From: Methanomethylovorans hollandica DSM 15978
GTDB taxonomy: Archaea; Halobacteriota; Methanosarcinia; Methanosarcinales; Methanosarcinaceae
DNA: 64,000 bases
NCBI RefSeq assembly: GCF_000328665.1
Contig: NC_019977.1
Coordinates: 992,001 to 1,056,000 of the forward strand
Direction of reading: 5' to 3'
Positions within the stretch are counted from its first letter, which is position 1; each line of letters starts with the position of its first letter. This document shows, piece by piece, positions 1 through 10,697 of this stretch. The notes beneath the pieces are model-generated. The model was not told the origin of the DNA, ran no database searches, and saw nothing but the letters and a program-made list of their open reading frames with translations. The translations under genes and the position numbers were made by a program.

Positions 1-9
1 CACCAGTTA

Positions 10-1062
10 TTGCTCGATGGCAGAGGACCTGAAGCGATACGCCTGTCTGCTTTGGGAAGCGCAGGTTCTGTCATTGTATCCATTATCCTGCTTTTGCCTT
101 TTGGTTTCCTGTTGTCCACAATATACCCTCTTATACAGGACTACATAGGCTGGATCCTCCTCTTTATAGCATTAATTATGATCATAACTGAAAAAGGTGA
201 ACACATACCAGGCCAGGGATCCTTTACTCGTTACAGACCCATCTCTTATGCATTCTTGGTGTTCATGCTGAGTGGCCTGCTGGGCATCTTTGCATTCGGA
301 AAAGAGAACATGGCAAGTTCACTCTTTGGATCGGACAGTCCATCGATACTGCTGCCTCTGTTAAGCGGTCTTTTTGGAGCTTCACAGTTAGTAGTAAGTC
401 TGACAACCGGTTCAGTTATTCCACCCCAGCATACTTCGCTTATCACACTGCCTGCCAACAGGACAATAAAAGCGATTACCACCGGAAGCCTTGCAGGTTC
501 TTTTGTAGCCTGGTTGCCTGGAGTATCATCTTCTGTCGCTACATTGCTGGCAGAACTGGTTGGAAGGATCGGGAATAAAAAAGATCATGACAAATATAAT
601 ATGACAGATGACCCTCTGAACGAAGCACGAGAGTTCATTATTTCAGTGTCTGGTGTCAACACAGCCAATGCTGTTTTTGGTCTTTTTGTTTTTTTCTTTA
701 TTGGAAGGGCCCGTAACGGGGCCATAGTTGCGATGTCATCGTTCTTAGAACCATCAGCAATTAGCACACCCATTATCCTTATTCTGTTGTGTGTTGTCAT
801 CCTTGCATCGATCTTTTCGTATTATTCCACTATCAGAATAGGAAATACAGTCCACCTGTTCATGGAAAAAATTGACTATAGAAAACTGAGCATCACTGTG
901 CTGACAGGTCTATCAGTTATGGTGATTGTATTCACTGGCGTCTTCGGTGTCATAATATTCCTCATGGCCACATCCATAGGGCTGCTGCCGTCTTTCATGA
1001 ACGTGAGAAAGAGTAATGCTATGGGTGTGATCTTACTGCCGGTTATTCTGTATTTCCTGTAA
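10..1062 (+). CDS. Tripartite tricarboxylate transporter TctA-like (DUF112) membrane protein, probably 5'-truncated by the window edge
   Basis: Highly hydrophobic ORF with GRGxEAIRLSAxGS, LLSGLFG and WLPGVSS motifs typical of the archaeal TctA family; frame is open back to the window edge. Confidence 0.75.
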   Translation: MLDGRGPEAIRLSALGSAGSVIVSIILLLPFGFLLSTIYPLIQDYIGWILLFIALIMIITEKGEHIPGQGSFTRYRPISYAFLVFMLSGLLGIFAFGKENMASSLFGSDSPSILLPLLSGLFGASQLVVSLTTGSVIPPQHTSLITLPANRTIKAITTGSLAGSFVAWLPGVSSSVATLLAELVGRIGNKKDHDKYNMTDDPLNEAREFIISVSGVNTANAVFGLFVFFFIGRARNGAIVAMSSFLEPSAISTPIILILLCVVILASIFSYYSTIRIGNTVHLFMEKIDYRKLSITVLTGLSVMVIVFTGVFGVIIFLMATSIGLLPSFMNVRKSNAMGVILLPVILYFL

Positions 1063-1069
1063 ATGCAGA

Positions 1070-1834
1070 TTATTGTTGGAAGCCATTGATCATCTGCATC
1101 ATATTATCCTTGATATGTTCCACAGCATCTACCCATTTGCCTCCCACATCAATGGGTGCAACGCCTTCGAGATCTGCCCGGACAAGATCTTCATCATAGG
1201 GTATCTCACCAAGTACAGGTATCCCAAGAGCCTCAAGCTGAGGTGTGAGGTTCACAGACTTCCCTTTGTTGATGACCGCTGCCAGATGTTTGACCTCTAT
1301 GCCCTCTGAGAGATGCTTTATCCTTTCAGCGGTTTCCAGGGAACGCTTGCCGGGCTCAACAACGATGATCATCAGGTCTATACCCTTTGTAGTCCCTCTG
1401 CCCAGGTGTTCGATACCCGCCTCCATATCAAGTATCACTGCACTTTTATCCTTCAGTACAACATGCCTGAGAAATGCCTTAAGGAAAGAGGATGCAGGAC
1501 ACATGCAGCCGCTACCCCCGCTATCAATGGTACCCATCACAAGCATTTTTACATTATCAGGGCCCACGACCCCGAAACTGTCTACGATATCGTCAACTTT
1601 TGGGTTTAATTTGAACAATCCTCCTTTTTCCCCTGCACGCTCTTCGATCATATCCTGATAGTCGGTAAGAGGATTCGGAGGATTGTTTATGCCGATGGAT
1701 GAAGCGAGGTTCATATCTGCATCAGCATCTATGGCTACTACATCAAAACCATCCCTTGCAAGCATCCGCGCAAGAGTACCCGAAAGCGTGGTCTTACCTA
1801 CACCACCTTTACCTGTGACAGCAATTTTCACCAT
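1070..1834 (-). CDS. cooC: CooC/AcsF-type Ni-insertion ATPase (CO dehydrogenase maturation factor)
   Basis: GKGGVGKT P-loop, GSGCMCP CxC motif, DMEAGIEHLGRG signature. Confidence 0.85.
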   Translation of the reverse strand: MVKIAVTGKGGVGKTTLSGTLARMLARDGFDVVAIDADADMNLASSIGINNPPNPLTDYQDMIEERAGEKGGLFKLNPKVDDIVDSFGVVGPDNVKMLVMGTIDSGGSGCMCPASSFLKAFLRHVVLKDKSAVILDMEAGIEHLGRGTTKGIDLMIIVVEPGKRSLETAERIKHLSEGIEVKHLAAVINKGKSVNLTPQLEALGIPVLGEIPYDEDLVRADLEGVAPIDVGGKWVDAVEHIKDNMMQMINGFQQ

Positions 1835-1987
1835 GCATTGAACAGGGTTATAATATAAATTATACCTTCCGGTATCCTGTTATTATATGGTCTGTAAGTT
1901 ATATTAATGCCGTCATATGTGTATCATTTATGTATCATTTATGTACATCATTCATAGTCGTAATATCAATAGTTGCTGAGGTAGAGA

Positions 1988-2863
1988 ATGGATAAAAGAT
2001 TCCGGCAGATAAAAAAAATAATGCTCCAGGTCCTGTTCCTGAACCTTATGGTTTCCTTCGCCAAGATCATCTATGGCATATTAACCAATACCCTCAGTAT
2101 GCAGTCCGACGGTTACCATTCCCTGTTCGATGGTATATCTAATATAGTGGGTCTGATAGGCATACAGGCAGCTTCCAAGCCTCCTGATGCAGAGCATCCC
2201 TATGGGCATCGCAAGTTCGAAACAATGGCATCTGTCTTTATCGCTGTGTTGCTGATGTTTGCAGGCTTTAATATATTGAACTCAGCTTTCCACAGATTTG
2301 GAAGTGGGGCTATACCTGAAGTGACCACATTTAGTTTTCTGGTCATGATCGGTACGATGGTAATTAACTACATGGTAACTACCTATGAACACCGCAATGG
2401 AGTGAAATTACAAAGCGAAGTGCTGATAGCCGATTCAATGCATACCAAAAGCGATATCTATGTATCCCTTTCTGTTATTCTGGGACTCATTGCCATTAAG
2501 GCAGGTTTACCTGTACTTGATCCGATCATAGCAATCATAATTTCAGGGATCATCGTCTATACAGGCATAAGGATAATTATGAAAAGCTCTTCCGTTCTGT
2601 GTGATACATCGCAGCTCAATGCTGAAGAAATACATAACTTAGTATGTGCAGTGGATGGAGTTATAGGTTGCAACAATATCAGGAGCAGGGGGACTGTAGG
2701 TCACATATACATCGACCTGCATGTGGAAGTGCATCCCACAATGCCTACCCTCAGGTCCCATGACATTGCGGATACTGTGGAATATGAACTGAAACAGCAT
2801 TTTGAAGGCGTCCAGGATGTTGTCATCCATATAGAACCTGCTCCACTTGAGCCTGCTTCATGA
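1988..2863 (+). CDS. Cation diffusion facilitator (FieF-like) transporter
   Basis: SDGYHSLFD, HPYGHRKFE, ADSMHTKSD and C-terminal HIEP motifs. Confidence 0.9.
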   Translation: MDKRFRQIKKIMLQVLFLNLMVSFAKIIYGILTNTLSMQSDGYHSLFDGISNIVGLIGIQAASKPPDAEHPYGHRKFETMASVFIAVLLMFAGFNILNSAFHRFGSGAIPEVTTFSFLVMIGTMVINYMVTTYEHRNGVKLQSEVLIADSMHTKSDIYVSLSVILGLIAIKAGLPVLDPIIAIIISGIIVYTGIRIIMKSSSVLCDTSQLNAEEIHNLVCAVDGVIGCNNIRSRGTVGHIYIDLHVEVHPTMPTLRSHDIADTVEYELKQHFEGVQDVVIHIEPAPLEPAS

Positions 2864-2913
2864 CCTGAAAATGCGGGATAAACTATAAGATAAGTAAGGA
2901 TGATTTACTAACG

Positions 2914-4005
2914 ATGTCTGGCAACACTTTCGGAACTGTTTTTAAAGTTACCACCTGGGGTGAATCACATGGCAATGCCCTGGGAGTAGTGGTGGATGGA
3001 ACTCCTGCAGGTCTGCTTCTTGATGCCTCCGTTATACAGAAGGAATTGGACAGGCGCAGACCCGGGCAAAGCAGTGCATCTACTTCACGTAACGAAGCTG
3101 ATACTGTTGAAATATTATCAGGTGTGTTTGAGGGAAAGACCACTGGTATGCCAATTTCCATGATGGTCCGCAACAAGGATGCAAACTCAAATGCTTATGA
3201 TTATCTGCGGACTATCCCAAGACCCGGGCATGCAGATATGTTGTACAGGGAAAAATATGGTACCCGGGACCACAGAGGCGGAGGCAGATCATCCGGCAGG
3301 GAGACCCTTGGCAGGGTGGCTGCAGGAGCCATTGCAAAGCATTTGCTTTCCTGCTACGGCATCACAGTTGTTGCACACGTGATCGAGCTGGATGGCATTA
3401 TTGCTTCAGAGATGTCTTTTTCCGAAGTGATGGATAATGTAGAAAAGACACCAGTACGTTGCGCTGATCTTAAGGCAGCTCAAAGGATGATGCAAGCAAT
3501 AGAAGATGCATGCAAAGAAGGAGATAGCCTTGGAGGCATCGTAGAGGTCATTGCCACAGGGGTTCCCAGAGGTCTCGGAGAGCCTGTATTCGATAAACTG
3601 GATGCCGATATCGCAAAGGCACTGATGAGCATTGGTGCAGTAAAAGGGCTGGAGATAGGTGCAGGTTTTGCAAGTGCACGCATGAAAGGGAGCCAGATGA
3701 ACGATCCGTTCATAGTAAAAGACGGTCAGATCACATGTCCGACCAACAATGCAGGCGGCATAATTGGCGGTATATCTACGGGACTACCTATCATATGCAG
3801 GGTTGCAGTGAAACCTACACCATCCATTTCAAAGAAGCAGAGAACAGTGAATATGGAAACTGGTCAGGAGTGTGAAGTGCAGGTCCATGGGAGGCATGAT
3901 CCTACCATACCTCCCCGCCTTGTGCCTGTAGCTGAGGCCATGGTTGCGATAGTGCTTGCAGATCACATGTTACGAAGCGGTTTTATTTCCCCCTCATCTA
4001 TTTGA
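2914..4005 (+). CDS. aroC: Chorismate synthase
   Basis: GESHG, RPGHAD, RSSGRET, GRHDP signatures. Confidence 0.97.
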   Translation: MSGNTFGTVFKVTTWGESHGNALGVVVDGTPAGLLLDASVIQKELDRRRPGQSSASTSRNEADTVEILSGVFEGKTTGMPISMMVRNKDANSNAYDYLRTIPRPGHADMLYREKYGTRDHRGGGRSSGRETLGRVAAGAIAKHLLSCYGITVVAHVIELDGIIASEMSFSEVMDNVEKTPVRCADLKAAQRMMQAIEDACKEGDSLGGIVEVIATGVPRGLGEPVFDKLDADIAKALMSIGAVKGLEIGAGFASARMKGSQMNDPFIVKDGQITCPTNNAGGIIGGISTGLPIICRVAVKPTPSISKKQRTVNMETGQECEVQVHGRHDPTIPPRLVPVAEAMVAIVLADHMLRSGFISPSSI

Positions 4006-4298
4006 TACGAGACACAACATCTGCTGAAAACCATGTAAATAGTTTTTCCTTCACATGGCATAAAAGGGGATTCCACAGTTGATACTTACTGTATCCTTCT
4101 GCACACTTATCCGCTACAAACTTAGGGGTACCTAAAAATAATTAGAAGTACGTGTTTCCAGATCTAGCATATAGATTTTCGATGAGTTGTATATAATACC
4201 GTTTTTATCAATGGACCCAGTGTTATAGACAGATCAACGCTAAATTATAGGTTGATATTATAGTAAATCCATTATGTTTATGTATTCCGGATAAGTAT

Positions 4299-5342
4299 AT
4301 GCCAATATATCAGAATCCAGGGTGTGTTGTTATAGACTATGAACAAAGAAAGATCCAGTTGACTGGTGGCTCCACATACATCATATCTTTACCCATTAAA
4401 TGGGTTCGGGAGTGTGGGCTTAACTCAGGTGACACTTTAACGCTGCTGCCACAAAACAATTGTGCGCTTTTGCTTTCTGCCGATTCAAAGATAGATAAGA
4501 AAAAATCTGAATGCGTGATCCCGATACTTCAGGAGGACAAACTCGAGGACAATTTCAGGATACTTGTGTCCTACTACCTTGCTGGTTATGATCTTATACG
4601 GCTGGTATCAAGCAAAGGTTTCCATGCGCTTGATCGCAAGTTCTTCAAGGATGTAACCCGTCAGCGCCTTATTGGCATTGAAGTGATAGAGGAATCAAGG
4701 AATGAGATCGTTCTGCAGAGCCTTATGAACTATCAGGAACTGCCAATTACCAAAGGTTTGCAGAACATGTCCCGGCTTATCACTTCCATGCTAGAGGACG
4801 CATTAATCGCTCTGAAGGGGCATGATCTGGAACTTGCACGGGATATTGTCAGCAGAGATAATGAAGTGGACAGATTCTACCTTCTGACCGTAAGGCAGTT
4901 GAAATCAGCGGTCGAAGATCTAAAATTTGCCGAAAAAATAGGTGTAGAAAGACCCCGCCAGTGTCTGGGATACAGACTTGTTACAAAAATCATCGAGCGC
5001 ATAGGAGACCACGTGCAGAGGATAGCACAGCAGATCATTATGATGGATGCTACAGTTCCTGAAAAGGATGCTGTGTTTGCCATGGGCACTCTTGCACAAA
5101 AGGTTTTTTCTGATTCTATGAAGGCCCTTGAAGAGATGGATATAAAGTTCTCGAACAAAGTGGTCAATCTTGCCAGGAAGTTCGAAGATTACACTGCCAT
5201 ACGCAATGAGCAGGGAGCAGCACGCTGCAAATCCGAACAAATGGTCTCAATAATCGAAAGCCTCAAAAGGATATCCGAATATAGTGCCGATATCGCTGAA
5301 ATGTCCATTAATATGAGTTCAGAAAGAGATAGAGGGAAGTAA
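4299..5342 (+). CDS. AbrB/MazE-PhoU-domain phosphate uptake regulator (true start possibly ATA at 4332)
   Basis: RKIQLTGGSTYIISLPIKW AbrB-like N-terminus, PhoU repeats (RDNEVDRFY, ERIGDH). Confidence 0.85.
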   Translation: MPIYQNPGCVVIDYEQRKIQLTGGSTYIISLPIKWVRECGLNSGDTLTLLPQNNCALLLSADSKIDKKKSECVIPILQEDKLEDNFRILVSYYLAGYDLIRLVSSKGFHALDRKFFKDVTRQRLIGIEVIEESRNEIVLQSLMNYQELPITKGLQNMSRLITSMLEDALIALKGHDLELARDIVSRDNEVDRFYLLTVRQLKSAVEDLKFAEKIGVERPRQCLGYRLVTKIIERIGDHVQRIAQQIIMMDATVPEKDAVFAMGTLAQKVFSDSMKALEEMDIKFSNKVVNLARKFEDYTAIRNEQGAARCKSEQMVSIIESLKRISEYSADIAEMSINMSSERDRGK

Positions 5343-5371
5343 ATATTCACACTTCTCTCTTCTGCTCATTT

Positions 5372-6529
5372 TCATAATCTGAGTTTTTCCATTCTTGCAA
5401 CCGCTTCATTGATCCTGTCCACGGATTGTGTCAGAGCGAACCGGATGTAACCTTCACCGTGTTGACCAAAACCTACTCCAGGTGTGGCCACTATTCCAGC
5501 CTCTTCAAGCAACAGCTGTGAGAACCCCATAGAATCATAACCATTCGGAACCGGAGCCCATACATAGAATGTCGCCTTGGGGGGTTTAACATCAAGGCCT
5601 ATGCCCTGCAGACCTTTAAGCAGCGCATCCCTTCTCTTTTCATATATCCGATTCATGTCGCTTACACATTGCTGGGAATCCGTAAGTGCAGTTATGCCGG
5701 CCATTTGTATAGCATCAAATGCTCCGGAATCGATATTCGACTTAACCTTTCCAAGCCCTTTGATAAGATCTGCATTGCCTACAGCGAATCCCAGACGCCA
5801 TCCGGTCATATTATACGTCTTTGAAAGGGAATACAATTCAATGCCCACTTCCATGGCACCATTTACATTCAGGAAGCTTGGTGCCTTATACCCTTCATAG
5901 ACCATTTCTGAATATGCATTATCATGCACCACTATGAGATCGTTGTCCTTTGCGAATTCCACAACCTCTTTAAAGAATGAACCGTCAGCTGTTGCTGATG
6001 TGGGATTGTTCGGATAATTGAGGAACATCATTTTTGCCCTTGCCAGCATGTCTGCCGGTATAGCATCAAGGTCGGGCAGAAAGCCATTCTCTTCCAGAAG
6101 AGGCATTGTGAAAGGTTCCCCACCTGCGAACTGTGTGCCTATCTTGTATACTGGATAACCCGGATCTGGGCACAATACCACATCATCAGGATTGATGAAA
6201 GCCAGAGGAATATGAGCAACACCTTCCTTGGAGCCTATAAGCGTAAGGGTCTGGTTTACAGGGTCTATGTCAATATCCCTTGATTCCTGGCACCATTTGG
6301 CTGCAGCTTTCCTGAACTCCAACATACCAGTATAGGATGGATATCTGTGTGTGGCAGGATCCCTGACTGCCTGGCACATTGATTCCACTATATGTGACGG
6401 TGTAGGCTGATCAGGATCACCTACACCAAGGTCTATTACATCTACTCCTTTTGCCAGCATTCTGGATTTGGATTCATCGATCGCTGCAAAGAGGTAGGGC
6501 GGTAGAGCATTGATTCTGTCTGCGTACAT
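5372..6529 (-). CDS. dapL: LL-diaminopimelate aminotransferase (PLP class I/II)
   Basis: [34 protein letters not shown]. Confidence 0.85.
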   Translation of the reverse strand: MYADRINALPPYLFAAIDESKSRMLAKGVDVIDLGVGDPDQPTPSHIVESMCQAVRDPATHRYPSYTGMLEFRKAAAKWCQESRDIDIDPVNQTLTLIGSKEGVAHIPLAFINPDDVVLCPDPGYPVYKIGTQFAGGEPFTMPLLEENGFLPDLDAIPADMLARAKMMFLNYPNNPTSATADGSFFKEVVEFAKDNDLIVVHDNAYSEMVYEGYKAPSFLNVNGAMEVGIELYSLSKTYNMTGWRLGFAVGNADLIKGLGKVKSNIDSGAFDAIQMAGITALTDSQQCVSDMNRIYEKRRDALLKGLQGIGLDVKPPKATFYVWAPVPNGYDSMGFSQLLLEEAGIVATPGVGFGQHGEGYIRFALTQSVDRINEAVARMEKLRL

Positions 6530-6670
6530 CTTTTCACCTGTAGAAGGTTCCTCTGAAGGACCTTCACCTTATACTTTGCACATATTTAATAAATATGGCT
6601 ATTGGTTATCCTAACTAACCTATCTGTGGAAATCTTTTTATACATATATTATATTTATATTTCTATAATA

Positions 6671-8554
6671 ATGTCTCTGATCCACGACACCTGCGTCTTG
6701 GGAGAATGCACATCGAACACTCCGGAAATTGCTACATGTACTTCATTTGCACTGCTGAAGATAATAGACCTCCTTAACTCCAGCCTACCGGTACATTCTC
6801 TTATAAGTATGCTTGTAAGATCGTTGCCTGAAGCAATGTTGCCTCTTCAGGTGTACGGTGTCATTGCAAAAATAGACGAAAAGATTTATGGATATCCGGA
6901 AAACGGCCAGTATCCAGCCATATCCGTGGATGTAGTGGTCCATGGCAAGATACGTGGTTACATATCAGCACTGTACAGTAAAGAGAATCAGAATTCCGAA
7001 CAATGGACACAGGCACATACAATTTTGCACATTCTGTGTGGTTGCCTTAACAATTTGATGGAAAAGAAAGAGCTTGAAGCAATCCACATGGAAGATGTAC
7101 GCCGCTACAGTTCCTTTTTCCACAATTGTCCTGTGGGCCTTTTCACTGACAAGCAGGGTAATATTGTTCATTGCAACCATAAACTTACAGAAATATTAGG
7201 AGTATCTGAAGACAGGATAGTGGGTCTGCACGTTACTGACCTTATAGACAATGAAACTATGTGGAAGACTTTTTCCTCACATAAGCTACTTTCCGGACCT
7301 ATTGCTGCCGAATATGAGATCAAACTGAGGAATGAAACTGTCAAACTTCGTTCTTTATACTTGCCGGAACTGACAACAGAGGGTGAATTGAAGAGTGGCC
7401 TTGGAATTATAGAGGACATAACCAAGATAGAGGAAGCAGCACAAGTCCAGCAACAGCAGAAGAAACTTCTTATCAATACCTTCAATGCGATTAATGATCT
7501 GATACTGGTACTCGATAGGGATTTGAGGATCGTGACCAGTAACTGGAAGGGCCTTGAGCACATATCCAAAGAAGAACGGCAGAAACATCCCCTTAGAAAT
7601 GATGTCCTTATACATGATGCAGACACGTGTGAAAGTTACCACGTGCTGGAGGCTTTTGTTACAGGTATTGCTAAAGAAGCACTCTGGACGGATCCTGCAG
7701 ACGGGAGTATTAGGGAAATGAAGGCTTATCCCATCTTCGATGAAGACGGGGAGGCCATAATGGTAGTTGAACACCTTAGGGACATAACTGAAATAAAGCG
7801 CTCCGAAGAGAATCTTATGAAGGCTAATCAGGATCTTGCACATGCATATGAGAACCTGAAGTCCCTGGAAAAGCTCAAAAATGAATTCCTTTCCAATATT
7901 CAGCATGAAATCAATACGCCACTTACAAGCATCAAAGGGTTCAGTGAACTTGTACATGATGAAGATCTTGGGCCATTGAATGCTGAACAGAAAAAAGCAA
8001 TGACGAGAGTGGTCGAAAAAACAAGACAACTACAGACTGTTCTGGATTCCCTGCTGTTCGTCAGTTCTGCAACCCATGGTGTTATTAAGTATAATTTTGA
8101 ACGTTTGTCAATAACCAAAATGTTACATGTTGCATTGAATATGGTAAGCGAGAAACTGAAGCACAAAGGTCTTGCACTGGAAGAGAATATAGCCCCGAAG
8201 CTGCCTGAAATAATTGGCGATATCGATTATTTACCCCGGGTATTTGTTCACATACTTGACAATGCCATCAAGTTCACAAATAATGGAGGAAAGGTCACAG
8301 TATCGGTCACAGAAGATGCTGGGCTCTTGCATTTGATCATCAATGATACAGGTATAGGCATAGCCGAGGAGAATTTAGAAAAGGTTTTTCAGATGTTCTT
8401 TCAGTTAGATGGCTCATCAACACGTAATTACGGTGGCAACGGATTAGGACTATTTATGTGCAAGATCATAATCGAAGAGCATAAAGGCAAGATCTGGATA
8501 GACAGTAAGGAAGGACAAGGCACTGCAATACATATACTGCTTCCCTGTGCCTAG
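6671..8554 (+). CDS. PAS-domain sensor histidine kinase (ends in TAG)
   Basis: PAS repeats, H-box HEINTPLTSI, N-box DNAIKFT, G-boxes DTGIGI/GNGLGL; ATG 6671 preferred to 6602. Confidence 0.9.
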   Translation: MSLIHDTCVLGECTSNTPEIATCTSFALLKIIDLLNSSLPVHSLISMLVRSLPEAMLPLQVYGVIAKIDEKIYGYPENGQYPAISVDVVVHGKIRGYISALYSKENQNSEQWTQAHTILHILCGCLNNLMEKKELEAIHMEDVRRYSSFFHNCPVGLFTDKQGNIVHCNHKLTEILGVSEDRIVGLHVTDLIDNETMWKTFSSHKLLSGPIAAEYEIKLRNETVKLRSLYLPELTTEGELKSGLGIIEDITKIEEAAQVQQQQKKLLINTFNAINDLILVLDRDLRIVTSNWKGLEHISKEERQKHPLRNDVLIHDADTCESYHVLEAFVTGIAKEALWTDPADGSIREMKAYPIFDEDGEAIMVVEHLRDITEIKRSEENLMKANQDLAHAYENLKSLEKLKNEFLSNIQHEINTPLTSIKGFSELVHDEDLGPLNAEQKKAMTRVVEKTRQLQTVLDSLLFVSSATHGVIKYNFERLSITKMLHVALNMVSEKLKHKGLALEENIAPKLPEIIGDIDYLPRVFVHILDNAIKFTNNGGKVTVSVTEDAGLLHLIINDTGIGIAEENLEKVFQMFFQLDGSSTRNYGGNGLGLFMCKIIIEEHKGKIWIDSKEGQGTAIHILLPCA

Positions 8555-8716
8555 AACTTTAATGCCTGCTTTTCTGCGGTCCGGCTTTGATTTAGCTTTT
8601 TGATGTGCAAAACATCATTACCGTATCTTTTGTTCTCTTATTCTTTTATTCTCTTTATCTTATACACCAATGTACGACCGAAAAGGTATTTAATGCATTA
8701 AAAGCCACAAAATCAT

Positions 8717-10615
8717 GTGGATAATATTTGCATAGGAATTCTTGCAAGTGCCTGGAAGGGGGTCTGGGCAGTTGACCGGGAGAACCGTTTTATTTTTTTC
8801 AATAAAGGTATGGAGGACATTTCCGGCCTGATGTCAGATTATCTGATGGGTAAGGACCTGATGTTATTCCTTCCTGACCAAACGATCATAGATGAAGTGC
8901 ATTTCAGGGAATTGTTCCATAAAGCCAGGGAGGAGCTGACGCCAGTAAACTATTCCTTGCTGCCTATTATCAACTCCAAAGGAGAACTTATGGAACAAAG
9001 CGGCCAGTTGTTGCCTCTTCTGGATGAAGATGGAAGCTATACTGGTATGGTTGGCACTGTAGAGTATTTCAGTACAAAGAAAATAGGTGCATCTGCCGGA
9101 GGAGATGGATCTTCAGAAAGGAAACTGGATGTTATATACAGAAATAGCCCTGTTATTGCTTTTCTCTGGAAACCCCTGCCCGGATGGCCTGTAGTTTTTG
9201 TATCCGAAAATATATCCCGATTTGGGTACCATGCAGAGGAGTTCACATCCGGAAAAATGCTCTATAGTGATATGGTATATCCTGAAGATCTTAGTGGCCT
9301 TACTTCTGAAATATCGGATTTTGAAAAGCTGGAAAATCTGTACTTTACCCGGGAGTATCGCATTGTAACGCGCTATGGAGAAGTAAAGTGGGTTACCGAA
9401 AGGTCAATGCTGGCAAGAGATGAGAGGGGAGGGCCGAGCTATTACCAGGGCATAATCATAGACATCACGCACCTCAAAGAAATGGAGTATGCACTCAAGG
9501 AATCTGAGGAGAAGTACAGGCTTATATTTGAGAATTCCCCTCTTGGTATTTTTAACTTTGGTAAGGATGGTACTGTTACCCATTGTAACGATAAGATAGC
9601 TGATATCCTGGGCATACCTAAAGAACAGATACTAGGTTTCAACATGAACACATCCCTGAGGGATGAAAAAATGAAAGCGGCTTTCAAAGAAGTGCTCTTG
9701 CTGCGTCAGGGTCACTTTGAGGGAGAATACAGGTCACGGGAAAATGGTAAAGCAGCATTCATAAAAGTTGATTACAGTCCAAACATATCAGGTGATGGAA
9801 CCTTGTTGGGTGGCGTGGGCATTGTTGAGGACATCCGTGAGCGTAAACAGGCAGAGGAAAAATTGAGGGAATATGCTGATGAGCTTAGCAAGATGAACAA
9901 GGAATTGCAGTCTGTCGACAGGATGAAGAGCGAACTGCTCTCAAACGTGAGCCATGAACTGAGAACACCTCTTACTTCCATCAAAGGATACAGTGACCTT
10001 CTTATGGAAGGCACCTTAGGGGAAATGAACTATCAGCAGCTTAAAGCTGTCAACACTGTCATCCGTAATACTGAGAGACTCCGCAGACTTGTTGATTCTT
10101 TGCTGTACGTAAGCATGGCTGAGGTTGAAAATATAAAGTATGATTTTAGCAAGATCGATGTCCTTGAGGTAATTGATAATGCGGTTACAGATATGACAAT
10201 ACCTGTCACTGAGAAGAAAATAGATGTTCTTCTCCATGTACAGGAAGATGTTCCGCAAATAGAAGCAGATGCCAAAAAGATCGCGGATATGCTGACAAAT
10301 GTGTTGGACAATGCTGTTAAGTTCACACCTTCAATGGGTAAGATCAGCATTTCTGCCAGAAAGGAAGGAGAAATGGTACATATCAGCGTAGAAGACACTG
10401 GAATAGGCATACCTTCAGAACTGGTACCGCATTTATTTCAGAAATTCTATCAGATAGATCCTTCCATAAGACGCAAATACGGGGGCACAGGCCTTGGATT
10501 GTTCATTTCCAGGAACATCGTGGAAGCCCATAAAGGTAAGATATGGATCGAAAGTGAGGATAGCCAGGGCACTACTGTGCACATCCTGCTTCCTGTCCAG
10601 CAAGGCGGTGCATAG
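8717..10615 (+). CDS. Multi-PAS sensor histidine kinase (ends in TAG)
   Basis: Three PAS-like domains including the Methanosarcinales-type GWPVVFVSENISRFGY, SHELRTPLTSI, DNAVKFT, GTGLGL. Confidence 0.92.
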   Translation: MDNICIGILASAWKGVWAVDRENRFIFFNKGMEDISGLMSDYLMGKDLMLFLPDQTIIDEVHFRELFHKAREELTPVNYSLLPIINSKGELMEQSGQLLPLLDEDGSYTGMVGTVEYFSTKKIGASAGGDGSSERKLDVIYRNSPVIAFLWKPLPGWPVVFVSENISRFGYHAEEFTSGKMLYSDMVYPEDLSGLTSEISDFEKLENLYFTREYRIVTRYGEVKWVTERSMLARDERGGPSYYQGIIIDITHLKEMEYALKESEEKYRLIFENSPLGIFNFGKDGTVTHCNDKIADILGIPKEQILGFNMNTSLRDEKMKAAFKEVLLLRQGHFEGEYRSRENGKAAFIKVDYSPNISGDGTLLGGVGIVEDIRERKQAEEKLREYADELSKMNKELQSVDRMKSELLSNVSHELRTPLTSIKGYSDLLMEGTLGEMNYQQLKAVNTVIRNTERLRRLVDSLLYVSMAEVENIKYDFSKIDVLEVIDNAVTDMTIPVTEKKIDVLLHVQEDVPQIEADAKKIADMLTNVLDNAVKFTPSMGKISISARKEGEMVHISVEDTGIGIPSELVPHLFQKFYQIDPSIRRKYGGTGLGLFISRNIVEAHKGKIWIESEDSQGTTVHILLPVQQGGA

Positions 10616-10697
10616 AGGTCAATACCGATTCTTTTTTAAGTGTACAGGCCGTAACCACGCAACAACCTGATTCCCAATGAAATAAAAGAGGTACCAG

